From: an uncultured Syntrophus sp.
GTDB taxonomy: Bacteria > Desulfobacterota > Syntrophia > Syntrophales > UBA8958
Assembly (NCBI GenBank): GCA_964571695.1
Contig: CAZNDG010000001.1
Coordinates: forward strand, 139,648-203,647
Direction: 5' to 3'
DNA length: 64,000 nt
Shown here: positions 1 to 8,786 of the stretch, in pieces
Layout: every line of letters starts with the position of its first letter
Numbering within the stretch: the first letter of the stretch is position 1
Position numbers and translations under genes: made by a program
Notes under the pieces: model-generated
Told to the model about the DNA's origin: nothing
Database searches by the model: none
What the model saw: the letters and a program-made list of their open reading frames with translations, nothing else

Positions 1-564
1 TTGACCCGGTCTCAGCGTCTTGCCGCCTTTCAACTTCAACGTAACCGACGCCGTAGCCTTTTTCTGCTGTTCGACAAAAAGCGATTCCTTGGGAAAGGCG
101 ATATGGACACGACTCTGCTGGACCTCATCCAGGCTGTTGATCGTTCGTGACAACTCCCCCTGCAAAGCCCGGCGAAAGTTCAATTGCTGTTCAAATTCCG
201 TTGCGCCCAGGGTCTTGTTGTCGAAAATTTCATAACCCACATTTCCGCCGCGCAAGGCTCCCGTGGCAGCCATCTCCATCCGCAGTTCCGGTACCTTGTC
301 CGCCGGGGCATAGATGACATCGCCTGAGGCGGATACCTTGTAGGAAACTTTTTTCTCCTGAAGCTTGCTTACAATGGCGGCGGCATCATCGTTGGACAAA
401 CCTGAAAACAGCACCTGATATTCCACCTGGTTGGCCAGGTAGGCCAGGCCCCCGATGAGCGCCATGGTCATCACTCCGGCGCCGGCAATCATCATTTTTC
501 TGGCCGGACTCAAAACATTGAAGCTGCCCGCCAAACCGGAAATAAATTGCATAAGCTGGTTCAT
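1..564 (-). CDS. fliF: Flagellar M-ring protein FliF, N-terminal 188 codons (gene continues past window start)
   Basis: Not in the ORF track because it runs off the edge. My translation of the minus strand from the ATG at 562-564 gives MNQLMQFISGLAGSFNVLSPARKMMIAGAGVMTMALIGGLAYLANQVEYQVLFSGLSNDDAAAIVSKLQEKKVSYKV... This is an N-terminal TM helix followed by the FliF ring-domain start. It lies directly downstream of fliE, as in flgB-flgC-fliE-fliF operons. Confidence 0.85.
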   Translation of the reverse strand, partial: MNQLMQFISGLAGSFNVLSPARKMMIAGAGVMTMALIGGLAYLANQVEYQVLFSGLSNDDAAAIVSKLQEKKVSYKVSASGDVIYAPADKVPELRMEMAATGALRGGNVGYEIFDNKTLGATEFEQQLNFRRALQGELSRTINSLDEVQQSRVHIAFPKESLFVEQQKKATASVTLKLKGGKTLRPGQ

Positions 565-579
565 AATGCCCACCCTGTC

Positions 580-879
580 TTAAACGGTCATTCTCATGAT
601 TTCCTGATAGGCATCGAGGACTTTGTTACGAACCTGAAGCATCGTCCGGAAGGAAATATCCGCTTTCTCCATAGCTATTATTACCTCGTGAATACTGCCT
701 CGATTGTTGATCTGCATGTTTTTGACGGCCTCTTCGGCCTGATTCTGAAGTGCGTTCGCCTCCCTGATGGCCCCCTGGAGCGTTTCGGTAAAGGAACTGC
801 TTCCCGTTTGTCCGGATGTGCGATTCTTTCCTCCCAACGCAGCGGAGGAAATATTATCTGGAATGGTTAACGTCTTCAT
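580..879 (-). CDS. fliE: Flagellar hook-basal body complex protein FliE
   Basis: ORF track gives 580..921. I prefer the ATG at 877-879 (MKTLTIPDN...) because GGGAGGAG lies about 10 nt upstream. The tail ...LDAYQEIMRMTV is FliE-like, and the gene sits between flgC and fliF. Confidence 0.85.
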   Translation of the reverse strand: MKTLTIPDNISSAALGGKNRTSGQTGSSSFTETLQGAIREANALQNQAEEAVKNMQINNRGSIHEVIIAMEKADISFRTMLQVRNKVLDAYQEIMRMTV

Positions 880-934
880 TTTTTTCTTCTCCTCCCTACT
901 CTCTCCAATATTTATCCGCACGCAACGGTCGTCG

Positions 935-1360
935 TTACTTGCCTAATTCCAGTGATTTCAAAGCCATGTTCTTCGTGGCGTCGAAGGCCGTCACACAGGC
1001 GTCGAAAGACCTGGTGGACGAAATCATATCCGCCATTTCCATCACGACGTTTACATTGGGGAGGGTAACCATGCCCTTATCGTCGGCATCGGGGTGGGAT
1101 GGATCATAAACCGCCTTGCCCGGCCCCTGATCTTCAGCAACCGATTCTATCTTCACGGTCTTCAGTGCATTTTTCATGGCGCCGTCAAAAGGAGCTTCCA
1201 CGTCCCGAGATGAAAGCACCACTGATTTGCGCCGGTAAGGACCGCCTTCGGCGGTGCGGGTTGTGTTCGCATTGGCCAGATTGGCGGCGACGATATCCAA
1301 CCTTGCCCTCTGTGCGGCAAGTCCATCGCCGCATATCTTGAATGTATTAGATATATCCAT
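935..1360 (-). CDS. flgC: Flagellar basal-body rod protein FlgC
   Basis: 141 aa. MDISNTFKICGDGLAAQRARLDIVAANLANANTTRT... is the rod-protein N-terminal motif, and length and synteny fit FlgC. It starts 2 nt after the flgB stop. Confidence 0.93.
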   Translation of the reverse strand: MDISNTFKICGDGLAAQRARLDIVAANLANANTTRTAEGGPYRRKSVVLSSRDVEAPFDGAMKNALKTVKIESVAEDQGPGKAVYDPSHPDADDKGMVTLPNVNVVMEMADMISSTRSFDACVTAFDATKNMALKSLELGK

Positions 1361-1362
1361 AG

Positions 1363-1755
1363 TTATTTAGCCTCCTTCAGCACCGTGTTCAGTCCGCGAA
1401 ACTTTCTGGCCAGCATTTCGATCGTGGCGTTGTACATCAGGTGGTTCTCCGAAAGGGTGGCCATTTCCCGATCCAGAGAACCCTTGTCTTCCATTGTCTT
1501 CAACTCGAAATCTCCTCCGGCCCCGTCGCTCAGAGTCCCCCGGGAGGAAATATGCCCGTTCTGGGTCGTTTTCAGGCTTACCGGCGCCGCGGCGGCTGAT
1601 TTCCCATTCTTGTCGTTTTTCAGCACCAGATCGGAGGCCCGATACTCCGGCACGTCAAGATTGGCGATATTGGAGAGAAGAATCGAGTGACGTTTGGACC
1701 GGTAATTGAGCATGCCGGAAAGTACATCCACCGTCTTGTTGAATAGCGCCAGCAT
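1363..1755 (-). CDS. flgB: Flagellar basal-body rod protein FlgB
   Basis: 130 aa. ...HSILLSNIANLDVPEYRASDL... is a rod-protein N-terminus. It is the first gene of the operon, with SD AAGGAGGG upstream. Confidence 0.9.
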   Translation of the reverse strand: MLALFNKTVDVLSGMLNYRSKRHSILLSNIANLDVPEYRASDLVLKNDKNGKSAAAAPVSLKTTQNGHISSRGTLSDGAGGDFELKTMEDKGSLDREMATLSENHLMYNATIEMLARKFRGLNTVLKEAK

Positions 1756-1793
1756 CCGTCCCTACCCTCCTTTTCGTGTCCTGTCGTTTAAGA

Positions 1794-1809
1794 TGCAATC
1801 CACATACCA
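1794..1809 (-). promoter_or_regulatory. Sigma-54 (-24/-12) promoter upstream of flgB
   Basis: The minus strand reads TGGTATGTGGATTGCA (TGG-N8-TTGCA, GG/GC spacing as in the consensus TGGCAC-N5-TTGCW). The -12 GC lies about 40 nt upstream of the flgB ATG. Confidence 0.65.
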
Positions 1810-1831
1810 TATGATCCGTTACGCCGGCGGT

Positions 1832-3208
1832 TCATATATCCTCGAGATTATACTCATGGAGCTTGTTGCGCATGGTTCGGACACTGATGCCCAGGATTTG
1901 CGACGCCTTGGTCCTGTTCCCCTGTACCTTGTTCAAGGTTTCGATGATCAATGCCTTTTCCACCTCCCGAAGCGTCATGTTTTCCATCTGCGCCGGTGAA
2001 ATGGCGGCCGGAGCATCCTGTATCGCCGGTATGACCATAGGGAGTTCCGTTTCATCGAGGCCGAGATGCTCCGGTTCGATCGTGGTTTCGTCACATATCA
2101 ATACCGCCCTTTCCATGACGTTCTCCAATTCCCTGACATTTCCCGGCCATGTGTAGATGCCCATGAGCCGGAGAGCCGCCGGGGAGAGAGACAATCCTGT
2201 TTTTTCGGATGCAGCGCCGTATTTCTTGAGAAAATAGCCGGCCAAAATCGGTATGTCTTCTTTTCTATCTCTAAGCGGCGGGATCACGACCGGAATGACA
2301 TTGAGGCGAAAATAAAGATCCTGACGAAATTTTTTCATTTCGATTGCCTTTTTCAAATCTATATTTGTCGTGGCGATAACGCGAACATCCACGGGAACCG
2401 GCTGCTTCCCCCCGACACGGTCCACCTCGCCCTCCTGCAAGACCCGAAGGAGTTTAGCCTGCAGTTGAATATCCATTTCACTTATTTCATCCAAAAGCAG
2501 GGTGCCGCCGTCCGCCATCTCGAATTTACCGATTTTTCTCTGTATGGCGCCGGTGAACGCCCCTTTCTCATAGCCGAACATTTCACTTTCCAGGAGATTG
2601 TTGGGAATGGCCGCGCAGTTGATCGCCACGAAGGGTTTATGTTTCCTGCCGCTGTTTAGATAGATGTATCTGGCCATAAGTTCCTTGCCGGTTCCGCTTT
2701 CACCCTGGATCAGAACGCTGGATTTGCTTTTGGCGACATTTCTCAACATGGCCAGCATGGAGTGCATACGGTTGTTTTCCGTAATGATTTCCTTGATCGC
2801 CGTATGTCCACCCCTTTCGGAGCGGTGCTGTTCAAATTCCTGCTGCATCTGGTTGGCCAGGACATTTTTAACCGTGAACTCCAGATCGTCCAGGGAAAAG
2901 GGCTTCATGAGAAACTCCGCCGCCCCCTCCTTCATGGCCTCCACGGCGGTCTTTACGGTCCCGTAAGCGGTAATCAGGATTACGGGGGTCTGGGCCGAAA
3001 TCTTCTTTATCTGCCTCAGTACATCCATACCTCCCACCCTGGGCATGCGCATATCGGAGATCACCACGGAAAAGATTTCCTTCTGGAACATCTCCAGAGC
3101 CTCCTGTCCGTTTTCCGCCGCGGCCACTTCGTATCCGCAGGATTCGAGCGAATCCACCAGGGCCATCCTCATGGCGTCATCGTCATCGACAATAAGAACC
3201 CTTTTCAT
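1832..3208 (-). CDS. Sigma-54-dependent response regulator (NtrC family EBP; FlrC/FleR-like by context)
   Basis: 458 aa. It has a REC domain (VLIVDDDDAMR...ISDMRMP), an AAA+ sigma-54 activation domain (GESGTGKE Walker A, GAFTGA loop) and a C-terminal Fis-type HTH (ASQILGISVRTMRNKL). Confidence 0.92.
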   Translation of the reverse strand: MKRVLIVDDDDAMRMALVDSLESCGYEVAAAENGQEALEMFQKEIFSVVISDMRMPRVGGMDVLRQIKKISAQTPVILITAYGTVKTAVEAMKEGAAEFLMKPFSLDDLEFTVKNVLANQMQQEFEQHRSERGGHTAIKEIITENNRMHSMLAMLRNVAKSKSSVLIQGESGTGKELMARYIYLNSGRKHKPFVAINCAAIPNNLLESEMFGYEKGAFTGAIQRKIGKFEMADGGTLLLDEISEMDIQLQAKLLRVLQEGEVDRVGGKQPVPVDVRVIATTNIDLKKAIEMKKFRQDLYFRLNVIPVVIPPLRDRKEDIPILAGYFLKKYGAASEKTGLSLSPAALRLMGIYTWPGNVRELENVMERAVLICDETTIEPEHLGLDETELPMVIPAIQDAPAAISPAQMENMTLREVEKALIIETLNKVQGNRTKASQILGISVRTMRNKLHEYNLEDI

Positions 3209-3993
3209 CTATCCCCCTTTTTCGCGACCGTTTGAGCCGACCGAGCTCGTGTTTCCAATGATTGTAAGGGAAAGAAAATATCCAGATTTATCGCTCCCCC
3301 GCCTTCGGCGCCGAGGGTAAAAAATCCTCCATGCAGATCCATGATGCTCTGCAGAATCGCGAAGCCGAGGCCAAAGTTCTTCCGGCTGCTGGTCATGAGG
3401 ATGTCAAAGGGGGTGACTTGATCGTCCGTTCCTTTCTTCATCCAATCGGTTCGGGAAAATCTAATGACCAATGACCCGCAAGGTCCCTCAGGCAGATCAT
3501 CCGGCCGTCCGGACGCCATAATCTGAGTCTCGATATGGAGAGAACATCCCCTGGAAAGCGATTGCAGGGCGTGAAGGATCAGGTTTACGAAGAGATGCTT
3601 CAATATTTCCCGGTTGCCGGAAATCAGGGGCTCAGCGTCGGCATAGGCGATCTTGAAGTAAACCTCGCTGTTGTCGTCGCTTATTTCCTCATGCCCGACG
3701 ATCTCCCGCAGGAGATCGTGGATGTTGAATTCCTCACGGGATACCCGTGAGTTTCTCTTGGAGACCATGAATTCCGACATATACCGGTTGATGGTTTTGA
3801 CGGCCCCGAGGATCTGCTCCAGACGGCGGTGATCGGCATCCCGTCGGCAATCCTTGAGCATAAGCGAGGCAAACAGCTCTATGCTTCCCAATGGATTGCG
3901 AATCCGATGGGCCAGTTCCGTCGTCAATTCATGCGCGATTCTGGCCGTTTCTTCCCCAATGCCCTCTGCAATTCCGCTTCTATCCGCACCCAT
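3205..3993 (-). CDS. Cytoplasmic sensorless histidine kinase (DHp + HATPase only)
   Basis: 262 aa with no hydrophobic segment. The H-box is ELAHRIRNPLGSI, and the C-terminal ATPase G-boxes include ...FGLGFAILQSIMDLHGG. It overlaps the downstream EBP by 4 nt and the upstream TPR gene by 1 nt (TGATG). Confidence 0.8.
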   Translation of the reverse strand: MGADRSGIAEGIGEETARIAHELTTELAHRIRNPLGSIELFASLMLKDCRRDADHRRLEQILGAVKTINRYMSEFMVSKRNSRVSREEFNIHDLLREIVGHEEISDDNSEVYFKIAYADAEPLISGNREILKHLFVNLILHALQSLSRGCSLHIETQIMASGRPDDLPEGPCGSLVIRFSRTDWMKKGTDDQVTPFDILMTSSRKNFGLGFAILQSIMDLHGGFFTLGAEGGGAINLDIFFPLQSLETRARSAQTVAKKGDR

Positions 3994-6140
3994 CAGTATA
4001 AATCACCGTATCTTTCCGACCATCTTGATTCCTGGACGGCATAATCGCTCAGTTTCGTCCAGAAAGGATCCGTACTGCCATCCTTTATTTGCAGAAAACT
4101 CCTTTCCGCCGCCGCCGGCTCTTTTGATTCCATATGACGGCGTCCGATCTCGAAGAGCAACCAGCGACGCCGTATGCCGTCGGTCCCGGCCAGGGATTTC
4201 TCGATCATTTCCATCGACGCCCGATGTTTTCCATCTTGTTCGGCTCCCGTCTCCTGAAACTGAACTTCGGAATAGGCACTGCCGGGGGTTTGAACCATGG
4301 ACTCCATGATCTTGGCGATTTGGGATTGCCATTGGGCATCCACGGATATTGTCTTTGCGTAATTCAACACCCGCAGCGTTTCGTCATTCAGAGACATCCT
4401 GTGGAGTGAATCCGCAATCTTCAGGAGGGGGCCCGAGTCTTCCCGGTTAAAGGCAATGCGTCCGAAGGTTCGACAATAAAGGGAGGCAATCGCCACATAA
4501 TCTCCCTGAGCGTGTAGATCTTCGACCAATTTAATCACCGCGGTTTTCAGTTGTTGCTTGGCAGCCGTTGAATCCTTGCCGTCGGGATATTTATCCTGCA
4601 ACAGCAGGTAATTGGCAACGGTATCAAGGTATCGTCCTTTTTTGAATAAGGTCTCGGACTTGGCAAAACGGATCCTCTCATCCAGATCTTTTTCCGGTCG
4701 CTGGGACAGGAGCAGATCATAAGCGGCCAGAGGGTCTTCGTAATAACCCCCTACGGCAGGATAGACAGGTAAGCGGAGCCCGGGATTCTTGACCCCCAGG
4801 TTCGCTATCTTAAGAATGCTTTCCCGTGCCTCCGGGGAGGCGGCATACCTTTCCACAACCTCGTTGAATATCTTTATGGCGGTAGGAAATTGCTCCAATT
4901 GTTGAAAACAGGAACCAAGAAGATACAGCCCTTTGCCCGCCTTCTCGTCCTGGGGGTAGAGGCTCAAATAGGTGGAGACGATCCGGACCGCTTCGGCGTA
5001 TCTCCCCTTGCGATATGTTGCCTCAGCCATTAGATAAAGTGTTTCTTTAGGAATATCCGATATATCATTCTTTTCTGAAATGATATTTTCATAAAGCTTC
5101 ATGGCGTTGTCGAGATCATTCATCTGGACATAGGCATCCGCCAAATGCAGGGCAGCGGTTTTGCTGTGCACTCCCTGCCTATATTTATCCAAATAAAGCC
5201 TGTAATTCTCCGCTGCCTGCTCGTAGCGCTTCACCTCCCCATGCGCCTCCGCCAATTGGAACAGTGCTTCCTCGGCATGCGCGGATTCCGGATATTGCAA
5301 CAAGAGCTTCTTCAAGGCGTCAGCCGCCTCGTAGTAGAATTTCAGGGCCCTGTAACTTCTGGCCAGGTTCATATAAGCCAAATCGTTGCCTTCCCTTTGA
5401 TCTGGGTAATGCTGGATGATGTATTTATAGTGATCCACAGCGGAAAAGAGAAAGGGGTTGGCGCCGTTGCGACCGATGGACAGATAACAGTCCGCCACCC
5501 TGCGTATGGACTGTTCATAAGCTACCGGATCGGCGGGTATTTGACGCATGACCTGGCGGAACAGTTCGGCCGCGGCCGGGAAATCACCTGCTTCGTATTT
5601 CTTCATGGCCTCGGCAAACAGTGGATTGGAGCTTGACGCCGGAGAAGAATTCACGGTTGTGACGCCGGTAACAGTCCCTTTCTCCGCATTAGCCGCGGAC
5701 GCCTCTTTCTTGGGGATGCTTACGCCAACATTTTGACGTGCCTTTCTTTCATCACTAACTGTTTTTGCCCGTCTCTTTTCATCCCCGACCTTTTCCGTCG
5801 CTGCCGCGACCTCTTTCATGACGGCCTGCGGATAAGCCTGCCTTATCTTTCCCAGGGCCACGGCGGCATCCTTTTTATTCTTATGCCTCCCGATCCTGAT
5901 TGCATATGCCTTCCCGTCCTTCTGAACCCAGAAGCCTTTCACTTCACGCCTTTCCAAGTCCTTGATCATTTTCTGCACGTTGTCCGTTTCCGTGAGGAAG
6001 GCGATCTGAACGGTCCAAATCCTGGCCGGTGCGGAAACGGCCCTTCCAGGCATGGCCAGGGCCGGCAGACACACCGTCATGAAAGCCACAAAGATGTTGA
6101 TGAATATCGATGCTGTCGATTTGTTGATCATTCGTGACAA
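3993..6140 (-). CDS. Exported SPOR-like + multi-TPR repeat protein
   Basis: 715 aa. The N-terminal signal peptide is ...FVAFMTVCLPALAMPGRA. A SPOR-like segment reads WTVQIAFLTE...AYAIRIGRHKNKKDAAVALGKIRQAYP. Many TPR-like A/Y/L repeats follow (e.g. AEATYRKGRYAEAVRIVSTYLSLYP). Confidence 0.7.
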   Translation of the reverse strand: MSRMINKSTASIFINIFVAFMTVCLPALAMPGRAVSAPARIWTVQIAFLTETDNVQKMIKDLERREVKGFWVQKDGKAYAIRIGRHKNKKDAAVALGKIRQAYPQAVMKEVAAATEKVGDEKRRAKTVSDERKARQNVGVSIPKKEASAANAEKGTVTGVTTVNSSPASSSNPLFAEAMKKYEAGDFPAAAELFRQVMRQIPADPVAYEQSIRRVADCYLSIGRNGANPFLFSAVDHYKYIIQHYPDQREGNDLAYMNLARSYRALKFYYEAADALKKLLLQYPESAHAEEALFQLAEAHGEVKRYEQAAENYRLYLDKYRQGVHSKTAALHLADAYVQMNDLDNAMKLYENIISEKNDISDIPKETLYLMAEATYRKGRYAEAVRIVSTYLSLYPQDEKAGKGLYLLGSCFQQLEQFPTAIKIFNEVVERYAASPEARESILKIANLGVKNPGLRLPVYPAVGGYYEDPLAAYDLLLSQRPEKDLDERIRFAKSETLFKKGRYLDTVANYLLLQDKYPDGKDSTAAKQQLKTAVIKLVEDLHAQGDYVAIASLYCRTFGRIAFNREDSGPLLKIADSLHRMSLNDETLRVLNYAKTISVDAQWQSQIAKIMESMVQTPGSAYSEVQFQETGAEQDGKHRASMEMIEKSLAGTDGIRRRWLLFEIGRRHMESKEPAAAERSFLQIKDGSTDPFWTKLSDYAVQESRWSERYGDLY

Positions 6141-6188
6141 TCCCTGCTGTGACGGCTATGCAACCCTACATCCCTTCACGAGAGATTT

Positions 6189-6204
6189 TGCAATTAACAT
6201 ACCA
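6189..6204 (-). promoter_or_regulatory. Sigma-54 promoter upstream of the SPOR/TPR-HK-EBP operon
   Basis: The minus strand reads TGGTATGTTAATTGCA (TGG-N8-TTGCA). It lies about 50 nt upstream of the ATG at 6140. Confidence 0.6.
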
Positions 6205-6267
6205 CCATCATTCAAATATTCTTTTAAAGCGCCAATTCATGGGAAACCGTGTTCCGGACGGCATACA

Positions 6268-6283
6268 TGGCGTGTAGTTTGCA
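6268..6283 (+). promoter_or_regulatory. Sigma-54 promoter upstream of pilZ-motA-motB
   Basis: The plus strand reads TGGCGTGTAGTTTGCA (TGG-N8-TTGCA). It lies about 45 nt upstream of the ATG at 6328. Confidence 0.65.
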
Positions 6284-6327
6284 TCTGTATAGCTCATAAT
6301 TACATCCGGAAAGGGAAACCGGCACTT

Positions 6328-6873
6328 ATGGATCAACCTGGAGAGCCTTTTGTCAATCGTCGGGAATACTCCCGGGTCTATGCGTATATCCCCATCGGGT
6401 ACCGAATTATCCAGCCCGACGAGCACCATTCGTCCCTTCACGCCCGGATATCCGGAGATACCGCTATTTCGGACTTCAAACTGCTGCCGGAAATGGAAGA
6501 TTTCCAACTGGGCGAATGGTTCAAGATACTGAATAAAAAACTGGATATGATCATCAGACTGCTTACTGTTCAAAGCGAAGGGTTCCAGTTGTTGCCCTTC
6601 AAGGCGGTAAACATCAGCGGCAGCGGCATCAGTTTTTCTGTCCACGAATCCTTCCAGGCCGGTGATATCATTGAATTGAAGATGATCCTCGCCAGCGCCC
6701 AGTCTTTCCCCATCTACCTTTATGCCTACGGGGAAGTGAAGAAGGCGGAGAGGCAAACGAGCGGCAACGTTGTTTCCGCCAAATTCATCAACATGGATGA
6801 CGCCATCCGTGATGAGATCATCCGTTTCGTTTTCGAGCGGGAACGGGAGATCATCAGGGAAAAAAGGAAATAG
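6328..6873 (+). CDS. PilZ domain protein (putative c-di-GMP receptor, YcgR-like context)
   Basis: ORF track gives 6052..6873, but the 5' part overlaps the divergent gene, so I start at the ATG at 6328 (MDQPGEPF...). The PilZ motifs are RREYSR (RxxxR) and NISGSGISF (NxSxxG). Confidence 0.75.
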   Translation: MDQPGEPFVNRREYSRVYAYIPIGYRIIQPDEHHSSLHARISGDTAISDFKLLPEMEDFQLGEWFKILNKKLDMIIRLLTVQSEGFQLLPFKAVNISGSGISFSVHESFQAGDIIELKMILASAQSFPIYLYAYGEVKKAERQTSGNVVSAKFINMDDAIRDEIIRFVFEREREIIREKRK

Positions 6874-6890
6874 TCCCAAAGGTAATGTAA

Positions 6891-7748
6891 ATGCTGGTGA
6901 TTATCGGTTTCATAATCGTCATTGCCTCGGTCGTCGGCGGCTATCTGATGGAGCAAGGCAACCTCTCCGTTCTGTTCCAGCCCGCTGAATTGGTGATCAT
7001 CGGCGGGGCCGCCATCGGTTCCTTCATCATCGCCTCCCCGATGAAAACCGTCAAGTCGGTCATCCAAGGCATGCTGGGAGTGCTGCGCAGTAAAACCTAT
7101 GGCAAAGATGATTACCTCGAGGCCATGCTGCTCTTGAACGGCATCTTCTACAAGATCCGTCAGCAGGGCCTGGTAGCCATCGAATCCGACGTTGATGAAC
7201 CGGAAAAAAGCGCTCTTTTCAACCGCTTTCCCGGCATATTGAAAAACAACCGGGCCATGGGACTCATCACCGACACGTTGCGCATGGTCATGACTACCAC
7301 CATCGCTACCCATGAGTTGGAATCCCTTCTGGAAAGTGAAATTGACACCCATTTTGAAGAGATGATGACCCCTTCCAAGACCGTAACCTTCATTGCCGAC
7401 GGTCTGCCGGGCCTTGGTATCGTGGCCGCGGTTCTCGGGGTCGTGTTGACCATGGGAAAGATCGGCGCCCCGCCGGAAATCCTGGGCCACAGCATTGGCG
7501 CCGCCCTGGTGGGCACCTTTCTCGGGGTGCTGCTTTGCTATGGCTTCGTAGGTCCCATGGGGAGGCATATGGAACACTCCGTCCAGGAAGAGCTGCAATA
7601 TCTCAACGTCTTCAAAGTGGCGCTGGTGGCCTTTGTGGGCGGCGCCGCGCCGAAGGTAGCACTGGAATTCGGACGGCGGGTCATTCCCCACGACAGCAAA
7701 CCGTTGTTCAGCGAGGTGGAAAACATCCTCAGACAGGCAAAGAAATAG
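6891..7748 (+). CDS. motA: Flagellar motor stator protein MotA
   Basis: 285 aa. MLVIIGFIIVIASVVGGYLMEQGNLSVLFQPAELVIIGGAAIGSF... shows the four-TM MotA/TolQ/ExbB architecture. It is followed immediately by motB. Confidence 0.9.
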   Translation: MLVIIGFIIVIASVVGGYLMEQGNLSVLFQPAELVIIGGAAIGSFIIASPMKTVKSVIQGMLGVLRSKTYGKDDYLEAMLLLNGIFYKIRQQGLVAIESDVDEPEKSALFNRFPGILKNNRAMGLITDTLRMVMTTTIATHELESLLESEIDTHFEEMMTPSKTVTFIADGLPGLGIVAAVLGVVLTMGKIGAPPEILGHSIGAALVGTFLGVLLCYGFVGPMGRHMEHSVQEELQYLNVFKVALVAFVGGAAPKVALEFGRRVIPHDSKPLFSEVENILRQAKK

Positions 7749-8573
7749 ATGGAAGACCGCAATGTAATTATCAGGAAGGTAAAAAAGAGGAGGGTTCACG
7801 AGAGCCACGGCGGTTCCTGGAAGGTGGCCTATGCCGACTTCGTCACGGCCATGATGGCTTTCTTCCTCCTGTTGTGGCTGATCACCATGGTTTCACCGGA
7901 GAAAAGGCTTTCCGTATCCGAATATTTCAAGAATTTCAATATTATAAGGGAACAAACCGCGGGATCGAAAGGCCTCATGGACAAACAGCAAGCCTTGATC
8001 GGGGAACAGAAGGGGGCGATCAGAACCGGCATGCAGGAGCAGACCGGGAAATCGAAACAGGACATTGCCGGCAAGCTGAAGCACGCCGTCGATGAAAAGC
8101 TCCATAATTACAAGGATCAAATCTACATCGACATCGTCGATGGCGGCGTACGGATTCAGGTCGTGGATACGGAAGGGAGCACCATGTTCCCTCTCGGCAG
8201 TGCCGAACCGACGGACAAGGCAAAACAGATCATCGGCATCATTGCCGAAAACACAAGGGACCTGCCGAATAAAGTGGCGATTGAAGGCCATACCGATGCG
8301 GCGCCCTTCCGGGGCTCCCAGACCACCAACTGGGAACTGTCCACCTCCCGGGCTTCCGCCGCCCGGCGGGAAATGGAAAAGAACGGTACCGATCCGATGC
8401 GCATCGCCCGGGTGGTCGGTTATGCGGACCAGGAGCTTTACAATCGCGACAATCCGAGGGATCCGAAAAACCGCCGCATCAGTATCACCGTCATTACCAA
8501 TCCCGGCCAACCGTTGCCGCCGGGGGTGATAACTCCACAGGCGCCGGCGCCCGCCCCCTCATCCCGGCCATAG
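7749..8573 (+). CDS. motB: Flagellar motor stator protein MotB (OmpA-like C-terminal domain)
   Basis: 274 aa. ...GGSWKVAYADFVTAMMAFFLLLWL... is the plug/TM segment with the conserved Asp. The C-terminal OmpA-like peptidoglycan-binding region reads IEGHTDAAPF...NWELSTSRASAARREM. Confidence 0.9.
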   Translation: MEDRNVIIRKVKKRRVHESHGGSWKVAYADFVTAMMAFFLLLWLITMVSPEKRLSVSEYFKNFNIIREQTAGSKGLMDKQQALIGEQKGAIRTGMQEQTGKSKQDIAGKLKHAVDEKLHNYKDQIYIDIVDGGVRIQVVDTEGSTMFPLGSAEPTDKAKQIIGIIAENTRDLPNKVAIEGHTDAAPFRGSQTTNWELSTSRASAARREMEKNGTDPMRIARVVGYADQELYNRDNPRDPKNRRISITVITNPGQPLPPGVITPQAPAPAPSSRP

Positions 8574-8786
8574 GAAATCCATTATATGTGGTAAGGAATT
8601 ACCCCGAAGCGAGCGCAACATGGCAACTACCGTTTGATTGCTCATCTCGGAGCGAGCGGTGGGGGATAATTAGAAGAGAGAGGAGAAAAGGGTCGCGATC
8701 GTCCGCCGGTTACATGATCATGACTTAATATGTCCCTTTGCTTTTTTGCTTTTGATCGCGGTTTTTGCTGGTCTTCCTTCCCGTCC

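Noticed and set aside
6726-7808. A 360-aa minus-strand ORF.
   Set aside because: It is antisense to motA and the ends of its neighbours. The MotA reading frame is strongly supported, and this ORF has no motif.
6891-8573. MotA/MotB pair considered as a Zorya-type (ZorAB) anti-phage module.
   Set aside because: The sizes are those of ordinary stator proteins (285 and 274 aa), and MotB has a standard OmpA-like domain. No ZorC/D/E-like genes are adjacent. The context is flagellar and chemotaxis genes with a PilZ brake.
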